A stretch of DNA of 63,600 bases, the filler included, from Gonapodya sp. JEL0774 (lineage: Eukaryota): assembly GCA_027604505.1 (NCBI GenBank). It is 13 parts of 13 records of this genome, joined end to end, with 100 filler letters (N's around TTAATTAATTAA, not from the genome) between each part and the next. Parts side by side here need not be neighbours in the genome. Positions count along the whole stretch, not along the records: positions 1 to 4,818 come from JADIIX010000847.1; positions 4,919 to 9,733 come from JADIIX010000848.1; positions 9,834 to 14,647 come from JADIIX010000849.1; 10 more parts are not named here. One strand, written 5' to 3'. Position numbers and translations under genes: made by a program. Shown piece by piece: positions 1 to 12,424 of the stretch. Below the pieces are notes generated by a model, which made no database searches, was not told the DNA's origin, and worked only from the letters and a program-made list of their open reading frames with translations. How positions within the stretch are numbered: position 1 is the stretch's first letter; every line of letters starts with the position of its first letter.

Positions 1-613
1 TTTCTGTGCGTTGGCGATCCGAAGGAACACAACCCCGGGTAGTGTCCGAACTGCCCTTTCCAACTTACCTTTGGTGGTTGAACGATTTGACCAAACTGCG
101 AGAAAGTATCGTAAATCATTTTCTCGTCCACCTCCGGATCCAATCCTCCCACGAAGAGTGTCGCTCCGATGTCGACATTCTTCCGGTCTGAGGAGGCCTT
201 GTTGACACGTATAGGCTTCCCGTAGAGCTTCACCATCTGAGCAAGTAGAGAAAACATCCGTGAGCTCGTGGAGGCTTTGTCTTGTCTTTTCAGAACAGGG
301 GTCAATCCGAAAGAATACGACGTACACTCATTATGCGAATCGCGTATTCGGCGTCGTCCTCAGTATTGAACTCAACAAAGCCATATCCCTGGTGGAGCAT
401 CGTGACTCTATCTTTGGGTAGATATACATTGACTGCAGGAATGCGGTGGAATGAGCAGGCAGGCAAGGACGGCATCTGAGTGCGCAGCTGGTACCAACCA
501 ACAGGTCCCGCCTGAAGAAACAGCTCCCAAATCAGCGCATCCGCGACCTTCTCATCAAGGTTTCCGACATATAGGGTGTTGTCTTGGTTGCGCTCGTACT
601 GCTGTTGCGCCAT
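1..613 (-). CDS. SF3B4: Splicing factor 3B subunit 4 (two RRMs), 3'-truncated by window/contig edge
   Basis: [33 protein letters not shown] / [30 protein letters not shown] / [33 protein letters not shown]; joined by GT-AG introns. Confidence 0.95.
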
Positions 614-704
614 TCGGGAGTTTCTCAAACTCTCTCTATGAGGTGACTATAAAACGTTGCTTTGGTCGCACTTAAAAGGTCCAGTTGAAAGTCTCACGAT
701 CTGG

Positions 705-2612
705 ATGAAGATGTCAGCGGGGCCGGATGACTGCGACTACATGGATATCGATGAGGATTATATTCCGGCAATCACCGCAGAGATCGCGTCTCTGCGCTCG
801 TCTCAGCGTGGGACTGATGGATCATCCAGTTCGGCCGAATCCTCAATTCCAAACACTCTTTTCGATACCGGAGGAGAAGCTTTCAGCTACTCGGCACTAG
901 TCGTGCTTGATACCAATTTCCTGATCTCTAAACTTGGGTTTGTATCTCAGTTACTCGCACTGGTGCAGGAGTATGATATCGCACTGGTATGATGCAATCC
1001 TTTTGTCAGCTTATCGGAAGCGAATACAGTAGGGCTTAAAGTCAAATTGCTATTGTAGATCATTCCTTGGTGTGTCGTTCTCGAATTGGATGAACTCAAG
1101 TCCCGTCGTAATAAACCACAACTCGCAACTTTTGCCCGTGTGGCAACCTCTCTTCTACTGGACGCATTTCGGACAGAACAGAATACAAATATCGAACGAC
1201 TTGCTCAAGGCCTTCCATCTCCCAAGCCTAGAGTACGGGGCCAACAAGTCTCGGACTTCGTTGAGTCGCCGGAGCACCTAAGCGGAAACGACGATCGAAT
1301 ACTCGATTGTTGTCGATTCTTCCAGAGAAACACGCGGATCGCATCAATATCTGCTGATTTAGTGGCTTCTGCAACCTCGGAGACTGCTACAAGCCCTGTC
1401 GCGGAGAGTCATACGCCACCTGCCTGCACAATGGTAGCGCTGCTATCGCTTGACAATAACTTTGCCCTGAAAGCGCAAATCCACTGTATAAGAGTGTATT
1501 CTGGATCCAATGGAACGCCGAGAGATTTATTAATTGACTTGAGGCGTGCCAGCTCGGTGTTGCTACCTCGCTCCCACTTCACCAGAAGTGTGTTCGACCT
1601 TTCTTCTGTACCTCCAGGCTTCGTTTATCCCACGGGCTTTGCAGCAATGCATAGCTTGAACTCAAAGGGACAGGATGACGATGTGGACATGGATATAGAT
1701 GACGAGCACCTTCTGCAGGGTCGTCACGAACATCGTCAAAACAACACGATCGCTCCATTGACAAAACCTGTTGGCGATATTGTCGGCTTAAGCAATCACT
1801 CCCATTGTCCAGTGTATCCGAGAGTACCTTCAAGCAGAACGTCTCGGCTTTGCAATACTGATGTCAATCCTCTGGTGCTCTTCATCCACGATATTCTTGC
1901 TCCCTTGCTGACGCCAACCATTATTCACCTTCTTCGCACCCCTCGTGGAGCTTGGTGGAGCTTTGTTCTGCCTCGCCCTCTCCCGTGGTCCGTTCCGGAC
2001 ATTTCGCACATCCTGGATCGGTACTGGATCTCAGACTTTCGGCTCGTATATCCACCTCACGTCCGAGGAGATCTGAGACAAAGAGTCGAAAATGTCTGGT
2101 GGGACGTTGAGAAAGGGCGGCCTGTGGCATTTGCTCGTCAGACTCCACTGGTGCTCAGTCAGATGCTGGCGGATCTTCGGGACTTGACAGGGATTATCGC
2201 TCAAACGGATGCAGCATTGCATGGGAAAGTGACTGAGGTCCTTACATTGTCGAAGTTATCTCTACAAGGAACCAAAAATTGGTCGGAGGTTGCTGCGGCG
2301 TTGGAAACATTGCAAACGGAAGCTGAACGCAAGGCGGAGGAAGCTGCTAGTGACGTACTGAATGCTAACGAAGGGCGAGACACAGGAAGAAACGGGGCTA
2401 CGTCGTCAGGAACCGGTGGCTGGGATGGGGACGCTGACCATTCTACTAGTGCTCTCATATTGCCCCTAACTCCCACTCAGAACCGACACTCTACGACCAG
2501 ACGACTAGCCACGTCACTGACACAAAACACAGCGATGACAATTAATGCACCTGATCTTGTGGCCGTCTCTATGATACCGAGGGGTGGCTGGGATGGATAC
2601 GGTTGGGAATGA
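705..2612 (+). CDS. SWT1: Swt1-type PIN-domain RNA endonuclease
   Basis: VVLDTNFLI (exon 1), intron ~988-1059, then IIPWCVVLELDELK, NDDRILDCC and LLSLDNNFALKA, the PIN_4/Swt1 motifs. Confidence 0.8.
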
Positions 2613-2946
2613 GGAAGTCAATTCCGTGCAGATGCGTCACACATCACAATAGGGGGGTTTCTGTTGCTTACGCGCGTGATATGATTCAATCCAACTTCTC
2701 GGTTGAAAATTTCATCGCAAGAGGTTTATCGTTCCAGTCATACGATTAACCAGACACTTATAAGAATATATGATGAATCCCTTTCCATAAATCAGAAACA
2801 TTTACTCTATCCGAATGATTCTCATGTGAAGTTTTGTTCCACAGTTGGGTTCTTGTGCTGCGGTAAGTGAGTGGGACGGCGGACGTGTCGGAGAGCTGGG
2901 CAATCGCAGAGCCGCAAGCTTAACTCGCGAGATAACGAAGCCAAAA

Positions 2947-4818
2947 TGGCCAGCCTCCCAGAACCTCTCATCGACCTTCTTGGTGCTTTGAAATCTTTGA
3001 GCTCTCCTCCTAGACGAAGCGAGCGACCGTCATTCAGTTCATCTTCCATTACCACGCGCCTGTTGGCGACGGGAGGAGGAATAGCTCTTGGAGGATACGC
3101 ATTTCTACAAATTCGAAGATGGCGAGAGGTGCAAAGGGAACGCGAGAAACGGATGGTGGGTCTTCGATCTAAAGTGATGTGCGATATTTGTCGATGTTCA
3201 AAGGTCTCGTTATTCAATTCAAGCGGACCCGTCAAGCTAGCACCTACGAGCTCAAAAAGATTGACGCGACAAAACCTGGCTCTGGGGAGGATAAAGTCGC
3301 CGTCAATGCGGAGTTCTGGCGGCGACTCAGCTTCATCCTAAAAATCTGCATACCGAGTTGGCGGAGTAAAGAAGCTGGACTCGTCCTTTTGCACACTGTT
3401 TTTCTGATTGCAAGGACGTGGCTGTCGGTTATTGTTGCGGAGCTGGATGGAAGCATCGTCAAACATCTGGTTTGTTTCATTCTACTGCCGCGAGTTCTTC
3501 CCCCACCCGCAAGATGCGATGTTTTGACGCTCCTATCTCCAAAAAAAGATTGCCGCCAACTGGCGGAGCTTCGGTCGGGGTCTGGCCTACTGGTTCTTGA
3601 TCGCAATTCCAGCTACCTTCACGAATTCAATGGTGAGTGAACACAGGAACCCCTGTCCCAATCACCAGAAAACTCGCGAGTTCTTATATGGTACCCCTCT
3701 TCCCGCCTCAAGATCAAATATTTCCAATCGAAACTTGCATTAGAGTTCCGTACACGTCTAACTCAGCACGTGCATGGTCTGTATTTGGACAAGAATACTT
3801 TCTACAAGGTGATCAACCTCGACAACCGAATTGAAGGACCAGACCAGTGAGCGCAGCTATATACTTCCTCTCGCTGATGGCCGTACCATTAAATTTGTGT
3901 CACTTTTGTCTTTGAAAGGCATATCACGACTGATATCAACCGTTTCGCGACCGCTTTGGCAAACCTTTATTCGAATCTGGGAAAGCCAGTCCTTGATCTC
4001 CTCATTTTCAATTACCAACTAGCGATCAACATCGGTGCCAGTGGAACTTGGGCTCTTGCATTGAATTACATTTTGACCTTTTCTGCTATCCGGATGGTGA
4101 CTCCGCCATTTGGCAAGATGGCTGCCAGAGAGGCCAAGCTGGAGGGGGATTTCCGATATGCTCATTCGAGGATTATAACGAATGCCGAAGAGATTGCCTT
4201 CTACAACGGTGGTGCTCTCGAGCTGTCCATCTTGTCGTGGACGTACCGACGTTTGATATCTCACATAAACAGTATCTACACGATCCGAATTGCGTACAAC
4301 ATGTTTGAGGACTTTATTATCAAGTATTCGTGGTCTGCCGTTGGGTTGTCGATCGCCGCGGTTCCAGTGTTCTTCCCAGAACTGGCAGGTCGTAAAATGA
4401 AGTCAATGGTCGAGAAAAGTGAGGCTGAAGACAAAGTAGAGATGGCAGAGGCGGCAGAATCGGCTGCCCGCGGAGAAGTTGTGCGACCGAGGCTGGATAA
4501 GAAGATGGGTGCGAACACCCAGAGCTTCATAACCAACAAACGGTGGGTCCTCAAGTTCCGATATGTGAACTCTCGCGAAACAGATAAAATGCGATGGTAT
4601 ATTGCGACAGGCTAATGGTATCCCTTGCTGATGCCGGAGGCCGGATTATGTACTCGTACAAAGAGCTGGCAGAATTGGCGGGGTACACTTCTCGGGTTTA
4701 CTCGCTCATCCGTGTGCTACAGGAACTGCACGCAGAGAAATTCACTCGGTCTACCTTGGCGACATCCGATACTGGAAATGCAGCGGCTGCGACCAATGGA
4801 TCTAGAGTTCAAGCACCA
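2947..4818 (+). CDS. PXA1: Peroxisomal ABCD half-transporter (fatty acyl-CoA import), 3' partial, multi-exon
   Basis: VNAEFWRRLSFILKICIPSWRSKE, FLIARTWLSV, EAA-like motif EGDFRYAHSRIITNAEEIAFYNG, SLADAGGRIMYSYKELAELAGYTSRV. Confidence 0.9.
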
Positions 4819-4918
4819 NNNNNNNNNNNNNNNNNNNNNNNNNNNNNNNNNNNNNNNNNNNNTTAATTAATTAANNNNNNNNNNNNNNNNNNNNNNNNNN
4901 NNNNNNNNNNNNNNNNNN
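4819..4918. other. Artificial contig linker N44-TTAATTAATTAA-N44 (first of 12)
   Basis: Identical 100-bp linkers at 4819, 9734, 14648, 19557, 24466, 29370, 34266, 39161, 44052, 48942, 53832 and 58718. They carry stops in all six frames, and the flanking segments are in non-increasing size order. Confidence 0.99.
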
Positions 4919-5589
4919 TATAAGGCGATGACTTATGGGGTGACTCGCGGCTTCAGGCGGTCGACTGAAAACGGACGAGCGCGCGCTGTTCGATTTTGGC
5001 GAATTTCGTGAACGTTGCTGCTCTTGCGATCTTTGGTAAAATCGACTTTAGTCCAGCTGCTTAACCCCAGGCCAAAGACTCGGAGGTCATCGGAGGCGGC
5101 CCTGTTCCTCTCCGCCTCCCGTTGATCATGCAAGAAAAAAACTTCTTCAATGGAAAAAAATCTGGCAATGCATCCGACCAGTGCACCGGGAAAGATGCGT
5201 ACCCCCAAGTTTTTTGCGGCGGAAGGCGGTGCCCCCATTCTATGATTGCCCCAACTGACTCCCGCATTGCACCGACGTGCCTCTACCTGCTTCTTACATA
5301 AATGTAGCAATGGCCTAAATCTACATTTTGCACTGGACTTTGAACAAATGATTTGATGCTGGACCTGCAACTCAGAAGAGAGCCGAGAGCACTTCATCGT
5401 GATGGAACGCAGATATCCATGCGCTGTGACTTCTAAATCAGCTTTTGGAAGCTCAAAGTCTTAACTGCAATCTTTGATTTATAGCTCTCTTTTTATGAAC
5501 AAGGGGCCTGAACTCTGTAACAGATAAAGCGGAGATGTGGCGGGTCATGATTCTGCTATGAAATAATTTACCGTCTCTCCAGAGACTAC

Positions 5590-6330
5590 TCAGGGAAACT
5601 TCATTCTTGTAGGCGATAGCCTTCTAGGTGAATTCAAATGTGCTCATTTTCCATGATCAAACAGATATCGATGCTTGTGGGGATGTGCATACATCTGGTG
5701 CAATTGATCAATCAACTCTCTCTTCGCAAAAAGAAGCATCGAGAGAAGCCAATCATTTGATATAGACTTTTAGGCCTGCCGTTTCAGAGGAGTTGTGTGT
5801 CCGTCATTGTGGTGCGCATCTCTATCTCAAAGATCAGTTCCGGCCCAGATCCGCAAATAGCCACAAGCTTGCACTTCTATGTTACTATGAGACCGTGAAC
5901 GGATGTTTCATATAAGAAGATGGCTGAGACGGAAGTGGCGTAATACTTTCGGAGATTCTCAAGATCGACCGGCCGGAAATCAACCGTCGGGCTGGACCGG
6001 TCTGAAGAACACTTCTGGGCGGGCGAGAGCGATCACGATAACTTTTTGACATGGTCAAAACAAAACAAAAATGAAATGGAGGTGTGGTGTGGAGGCAATA
6101 TTAGATCGGTGACGATGAGGCCACTCATCTTGGACCACCAGCCTTTCCAGCCAACGCTTACGACCAAGAATGAATTAATAAAAGTGCCCTCGTGTTGTCT
6201 TGGTTGGAAGTCGTACTTCAGCTTGTTAATGCCTTCGTAGTGCCGTGGCAAACAGTTATGATACGACTCCTTAATCGCGAGCACGTCCAGGTAGTCCGCC
6301 GCGAATCAGCTGCTCCGCACTTCGGTCACT
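5590..6330 (+). pseudogene. Possible decayed SGNH/PC-esterase-like gene
   Basis: Scattered motif-like fragments GNFILVGDSL (~5594-5623), CGAH (~5808) and RRESAAPHF (~6300) in the expected order, separated by stops and frameshifts. Confidence 0.25.
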
Positions 6331-6617
6331 CTGCACGAGTATTGCTCTCTTGCCTGTGACGGAGCTCAGCAATCTTTCAGTTTGGTCTCTGTCGAATCAC
6401 CATCGCCGCCGCACCAGGTTCTCTCGTGATGCATGTTGCTCACCAGGAACACTACTACCTGTTCTATAATGATGTTTCAAGACTAAAGCAATGTACTTGT
6501 ACAAGATAGTTCGAAGCTGCAAAGTAATATGTAAACTAAGGAAGTGGTTACCCGTTATGCCCTCAATTGATTTGATTAGATGTACCATACGATTGGTTCC
6601 CGTTCACACACATTCTT

Positions 6618-9600
6618 TCAAGCACACGCCTGCCGTTCCGCCACAATCCGCTGTACCCAGATTGGCACGTCACTCAAATCGGTGATTTCGGGATGGTACG
6701 CGTACGAGGTATCGATATACGAAGACAAGATCTCGAGGAGCTAACAAGGACGTCAGCAGATCAGAAAAGCCTACAAAGACACTGATCTGACACACTTACA
6801 TCCTTCAGATTCTGCGGAGGGTCGTCACCCAAATCTCCGGGAACGTAAATCCCTTCCAACATAACTTCACCCCTCACCGGCACCTCCTGCACGATCTTCC
6901 TCCTCTCCGTCTTCTTTCCCCGTATCGAATCGATCCAACCTTTGAATCCGCTCCGTCCCTCGCCTCCCACCGGCACCTCGAGTCGTACACGACTTGCGAA
7001 CGGTGCACTGGCGTGGAAAAAGGTGCCAGGGAACTGCTTCCACTCCATAATACTCAGTTCGGTCTCGGTAATGGGCACACCCTCCCGACGGAGCATGACC
7101 TCGGGGTGGGCGGAATACCTGTGATCCGCGCCGTGACCTCTCCTTCCCACGACGCCAGAGATGGCCAGCTTTCCAACACTCTCCTCCACAAAGGCTGACA
7201 AGACTCTTGCCCTACGCGCTCCACTTCTCGCCCCTGGGCCACCCCCGATTGTGTTGCCGCGTTTGAGACTTCCGTACGGGGTATCATCGAGCCCTGCGAG
7301 TGACAGATGATCCGTATTGACCCGTGGTGGTGGCAAGTCCACGTTGCACATTGTCGTGAGAGTCTGGATGTCAGTGGGGGCACTGTAGATGCGAAAGTAC
7401 GCCTTCTCCTCGTCAGAATGCGTCTCACTATAAAAAAATTATGGATTTGAGCGATTATGTAATTCAAATTGTTGTTCTCAATGTGAAAACTTACAAGCGA
7501 ATCCCTTCCACATTTCGAGCCTGGAGCTCCTCAAACACATTGACACCGAACTGATCCACCACTGAGATGCGCTGGGTGAAAAATTCGCGCTTGCAGCTTT
7601 CGAACACTGCTCCGATCCAGAAATCGCCAGGGCCTAATAGGTTCAGAAGATTCAATGAAGGATTTAGGCACGTCGTATGGCATGTTCTATGGTCAACTCA
7701 CAAAGTTCCCTCGGTGTCCCGTTCAAGAACTGCACCCTCAAGACTGTGAGTTTGGAGCACATGCAAATCAGTTAAGCATTCCGAGAGACCCCCCGAGCTA
7801 TTCACGTGACCATCAGTACATACTGCTTCCGAAGAAGGTACCCTCGTTGCCCTGCGCGGTCAAAGTTGATGCACTGTACTCCGCCTCAGAATCGATGATC
7901 GGAGGAGCTGGGGCCGTTTCTTTCCCTTTTCCTTTCTTGCCTTTGGGAGAGACGTGGATCTTCGGTGAATCATCTGTTTCATTGGAAATGCGTACTTTGG
8001 TGGCGGGTTTGGGAGAAGTTCCGGCCTTGTTCGTCTTTTCTTTTCGCGAAGGTAAAGCCGGCCGGGTACCGATCTCCAGTATAGTTTCGTTGGGTTCGAG
8101 CTTGATCTGCATTCCACCCTTTATGTTGGAGCTCTCGCTTGGTGAAGTGGGTTCCTCCGCTCCAGTGGGTGCTGACGAACTCGGTGAAGGCGTCGTGTCG
8201 GAACCTTCTGACATCTCTGCCATCGGCGCGGGTCGCTCAATAGGCTTGGGCAGCCGAAATCCTTTGTCAATAATGACGAAAGACTTTGGCCTCACTCGTG
8301 GTCCACCCCCCTGAGATTTGTTGCATTTTTCCACAGTAAGAAGGACACCGAGACATCTCCGACTGCCCAAAGAATTGCAACTCACCTCCCTCCGCCCCGA
8401 GTCATATTTGTAGTACCTTGTCACCTTGGATTCCTCGGTCACGGCTTCTTTCCCGGGTTTCATGGGGAAGCTCTGGTCTAAATCCCATAGGGCTGCCCTC
8501 GCTAGATCCAGATCCTCCCTTGCCACGAGATCCTCATCACTCCGCTCTTTCTTATGACCATCCCCCGGTCTCAACAATGATCCCGCGCTTCTCCCAGGGG
8601 CATGATCTTGGACCCACACGGTTGAAGCGTCGGCCATGACGGAGTTGAAGAAGCCAGAGATGCGCTTAGATTGCATAACTGGACCACGTGGCGTGTAATT
8701 GCGAATACCAGTTCGTCTGCGGACGGCGGGTGGGGAAACAACTATGGAAGGTGTCTCTGAAGATGTTTCGTGAGTCCCCACGTGTAGCGTCCTGGTGGAA
8801 TGGATCTGGTACAATTTGCATCCGACAGGACGTGAGCAGGTCACCTTCGTTTCAAGAGCTGCCATGGATCACATCCCACTGTCCACTCACGTCCTCTTTA
8901 ATTTCTGATGTAGCTTCGCTTTTTATTGTCGCAGTCTGATCTTTTTCGTCGTCGCGCTTGGGTCGACTGCGATGAGTAGGCAACGGGGGCAACGATGCAG
9001 CTTGAACCGTCTGAACAGCGATTTTCGAATATGCAGAAAGTGGAAGCACACTGTCAACTATCCGATTATGTTCTGAAGAGAAGAACTCTACCCACCTCTA
9101 CCGCTGCAACTTCCGTGACCGGCTCGAACTTTGGTTTGTTCACGACAACTTTCGGCTCTTCAGACGCTTTTGGAAGGTCATCTTCAAAGTCATCCGTGTT
9201 GCTGTTTACGGGATTATAGCTGTTGCCAATGCTCTGAGATTGTGCGTTGTGAAGGATGACGTCAGTATGAAGCAGTTTTTGATGGGATGTTTTCTTTCAC
9301 TTGAGCGGATGGGCGCGACTCACCTCAGAAGTTTCATCTTTGCTTTCATTTAAAAGTTGTTCTTTATCTTCCTTCGCCTGCAGTGTCGTGATTTGCTCGA
9401 TCGCAGGCGGCGAGGAGTCTCCCTCTTCTTTGATTTTGGCGGACGTCATCGTTTGGAGCCCGACCTCCGACATGTTTCCAAACTCAAACTTCATGGCGGT
9501 TTGGCGCTGAAATAATCCCAGAGAACGACGAAAAGTGAATTCCCTCGTGAGAACAGATGCAAATCTGAATTCTGATTATTACTCACCATAATTTCCTCAA

Positions 9601-9733
9601 CCATTGCCACAGCTTCAAGCCTATCTAGCTGCTGGGACAGATTTGCTGCCGTGGATGTCGAAAGGGGCAAAGAGTGAAGCTCTGGTGCCTTCTCCACAAT
9701 CTCGGTTGCGGTGACAGCGAGTACAGGCGGAGG
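6618..9733 (-). CDS. Large multi-exon protein: disordered N-terminal region plus a C-terminal beta-rich (C2/anillin-Bud4-like?) domain; 5' partial
   Basis: The short ORFs join in frame through canonical introns (gtgagt/gtaagt...cag). C-terminus reads GTFFGSILRVQFLNG..DFWIGAVF..EGIRFETHSDEEKAYFRIY..GEVMLEGIYVPGDLGDDPPQNLKDLLEIL..QACA*. The domain call is weak. Confidence 0.6.
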
Positions 9734-9833
9734 NNNNNNNNNNNNNNNNNNNNNNNNNNNNNNNNNNNNNNNNNNNNTTAATTAATTAANNNNNNNNNNN
9801 NNNNNNNNNNNNNNNNNNNNNNNNNNNNNNNNN

Positions 9834-9851
9834 GTTCATCTGGAGATCCAT
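9834..9851 (-). CDS. First 6 codons (MDLQMN) of a third F-box paralog, cut by contig end
   Basis: Upstream block 9849-9960 is homologous to those of the F-box genes starting at 12424 and 14179, and the start context (..GTAAATGGATC) is the same. Confidence 0.7.
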
Positions 9852-11066
9852 TTACTAAGCGGCCGACGGGGCGGGGAATTATTATTGGCGAGGAAAAAGA
9901 GAGACGAGACGGGATCTCGAGACTTGAGCGAGATTGCGGATTCTTTGGCCAAACTTTGCTCGGGTAACAAATCGTCTGTAATGTCGACTGTGGGCGGTGA
10001 CTAGCTGTGTAACTAGTGAGTGGCACAGACGATAGAATTCCCATATTTGTCACAATATCTTTAAAGACATATGTACTAGGAGAGGATGAACCTGTCACTA
10101 GTAATCTATAAGCAACTTTCAGACGGGTATGCTGTCCCGTTGACTGTACGCAGAGAGATCCTGGTCCTCTGTGCGTACAGCAAGTGATTCCAGAGCAATT
10201 GGTCAGGAGATTCCAGAAGCTCCAGTGAACGTGGTCCGAGACAGAGTGGGGGACCTCTCTCGGAGTGCCAAAAGCGCAAATTTCGATGTGACTTACCAGG
10301 GCAAATCCCCAAAGCCAGCGGGAGGGGCGTATCCCGGGAGGGGATTGTTTTAACCGTATTCGGCCATAGATGGGTAAGCGAGAGCGGTGAGAGCGGTTAG
10401 TAAATGGGGACAAGAAAGAGAGGTCCCCAATGGCAAGGGTGTGCGAGGCAGGAGACGAGTCAAGTCGCGAAGTAAGGAAACACGATTGAAAAAGGTAGAA
10501 ATACATTGGTAAAAGGTAGTGGAGGTAGTACGTGACTAAAGCATTACAGTGGAAGGATTTGTCTAATGAGGTGGCGATCAGCGGGGCGTGGGCCGGGCCG
10601 GGAATGGAAACGGATACGCATTTGCTCATGGCAGAAAATTGCGCGTTGGAGGCCGCTAATGAGATATCCAGTGGTGTATGGTGTGGACGATGATATACCG
10701 CTATGACGCCCCACAGGACGTAAACAATGTGTGAGCACGAGTATTATATGATTTTCCAACTCCACCATGAGACCCCACCAACTAGAACATAGGTAATCAG
10801 CAGCAACCATGCACAAAAATTAGCATACTGGGTCGACAGGTGTGGCAATCTACATAATACTACACCAGTTTACCGTCCAGAATCCCGAGGAAGTGGAATG
10901 GGTTCTTGTGGTGCCGGTGGTGTTTGCAAGGTGTAGAATGGTCCAGGGTATGGGAACGTGAGAGAAAATCTGCAATATGAGCATGTTGATCAAAATAGTG
11001 GTGCTCAGGTATGGATGTTACTCTCTGCAGGAGAGTGATCGCAAGGAAAGGAGGTGTATGGCGCAC

Positions 11067-12424
11067 TCACCAATCAATGTGGATCGTTGACCTCACTAAC
11101 ATCCCCCCACGAACTGTTATGGCTTGATCAAATCTCCAAATGTGGAGAATAGACGGCCAGCTATGAAGTCGCGACCTTAATACCGCGTGTATGCCAGCTT
11201 GGAGTTGCCTCTGCGGCGCCTTGACATGAACGGTGCATGTTGGAGGTACGGTGCGTAGAATCTCATCGAGAAATACCCCAAATGTAACGATTTCGCTGTC
11301 CGAGCGTAAACCGCTGTTGATATGGAGGGTTGAGAGGTTTGGGAACAAGTGAAGGATGATGGATGCGTACTGAGATGCCCCATCTGGTAAGTCACCAAAG
11401 TCTGGTGCCATCCCAAGTGCCGTAGGATTAAAAAAAAAATGAATAGAGTATTAAGGCTGGGATAGGTCATCTCCGAGAGTGCTTGCCAGGAACCGCGGAG
11501 AACATTTTCAATCAAAATACCGCCCAGCTTCCGCAGGTTTGGGTACATTTGCAAAACCTCCACGAGGTCAAAGTAGCGATTAGGAGGTACTTCCAGAGAA
11601 GTGATTGATGCGAGTCGGGCGGCAAACGCGGGGGATTCGAGGAAAGTCAATGATGAGATTTCTCGACCCATTTTGGGATAGAATGCACTTCCACTAAGGC
11701 TGCACGCAAGGGGGAACAATTGAAGAAGGAAGAACAAGTTATGATGCCACTTTGCTTCCGTCCGGTTATCGGCCGTCAAGTGCTCCACAGAATCCACCCT
11801 CATATGCGGGGGGAGGTCCGACAACGTTCCTAAACTCACACCGCGAAGCTCAAAGACATGAACCTGCGCTCTGTCCGCAAAGCAAATGAGCGAATTCCGA
11901 ACAGCGAGTGCATTCGTCTTAACAACGCCGTATTTCTTGTCATAAAAATTGTCAAAAGAAGGGATAGAGATCTGTATTGCGCGGACTGCGACCTTAACCC
12001 GGGCCCGACATGGAAGCCTCGCCTCAACTATCTGAAATGTGCTGTAGATCACATCTACCAGGAGGGTATCGAATTGTTCCAGCGGAGTTTCCAGGGATCT
12101 GGTTTGTGTCACGACGACGTCGGTCTTCAACGCCGTCCACACAACATTGCCTCGGTACTCGACCGAGTGAAAGACATCACCGTCGTGAAAATATGGAAGA
12201 AATACACGGTGTGAATCTCGCTTGTTTAAAACGTCGAAGCTGATCCCAACCGTCCCCGATGGACATCCAGGAATAGCGTCCAAGCATGCATCTCGAAAAC
12301 GACGGCATATCCGCGGAATCACTCCGTAGAATATCCGAGGAGGAAGAAAACGCACGATTTCCGTCGGGAGAGTGTCCGTGAGATTATGACTGCCGCCAAA
12401 ATTATGGTTGATGGCGGGATCCAT
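11067..12424 (-). pseudogene. F-box protein paralog 2 with frameshift in an A10/T10 run (11430-11439) and 4-aa deletion in the F-box
   Basis: LTDTLPTEI----VRFLPPRIFYGVIPRICRRFR. Homology to paralog 1 continues in another frame after the T-run (MAPDFG..ASIILHLFPNL). Confidence 0.75.
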
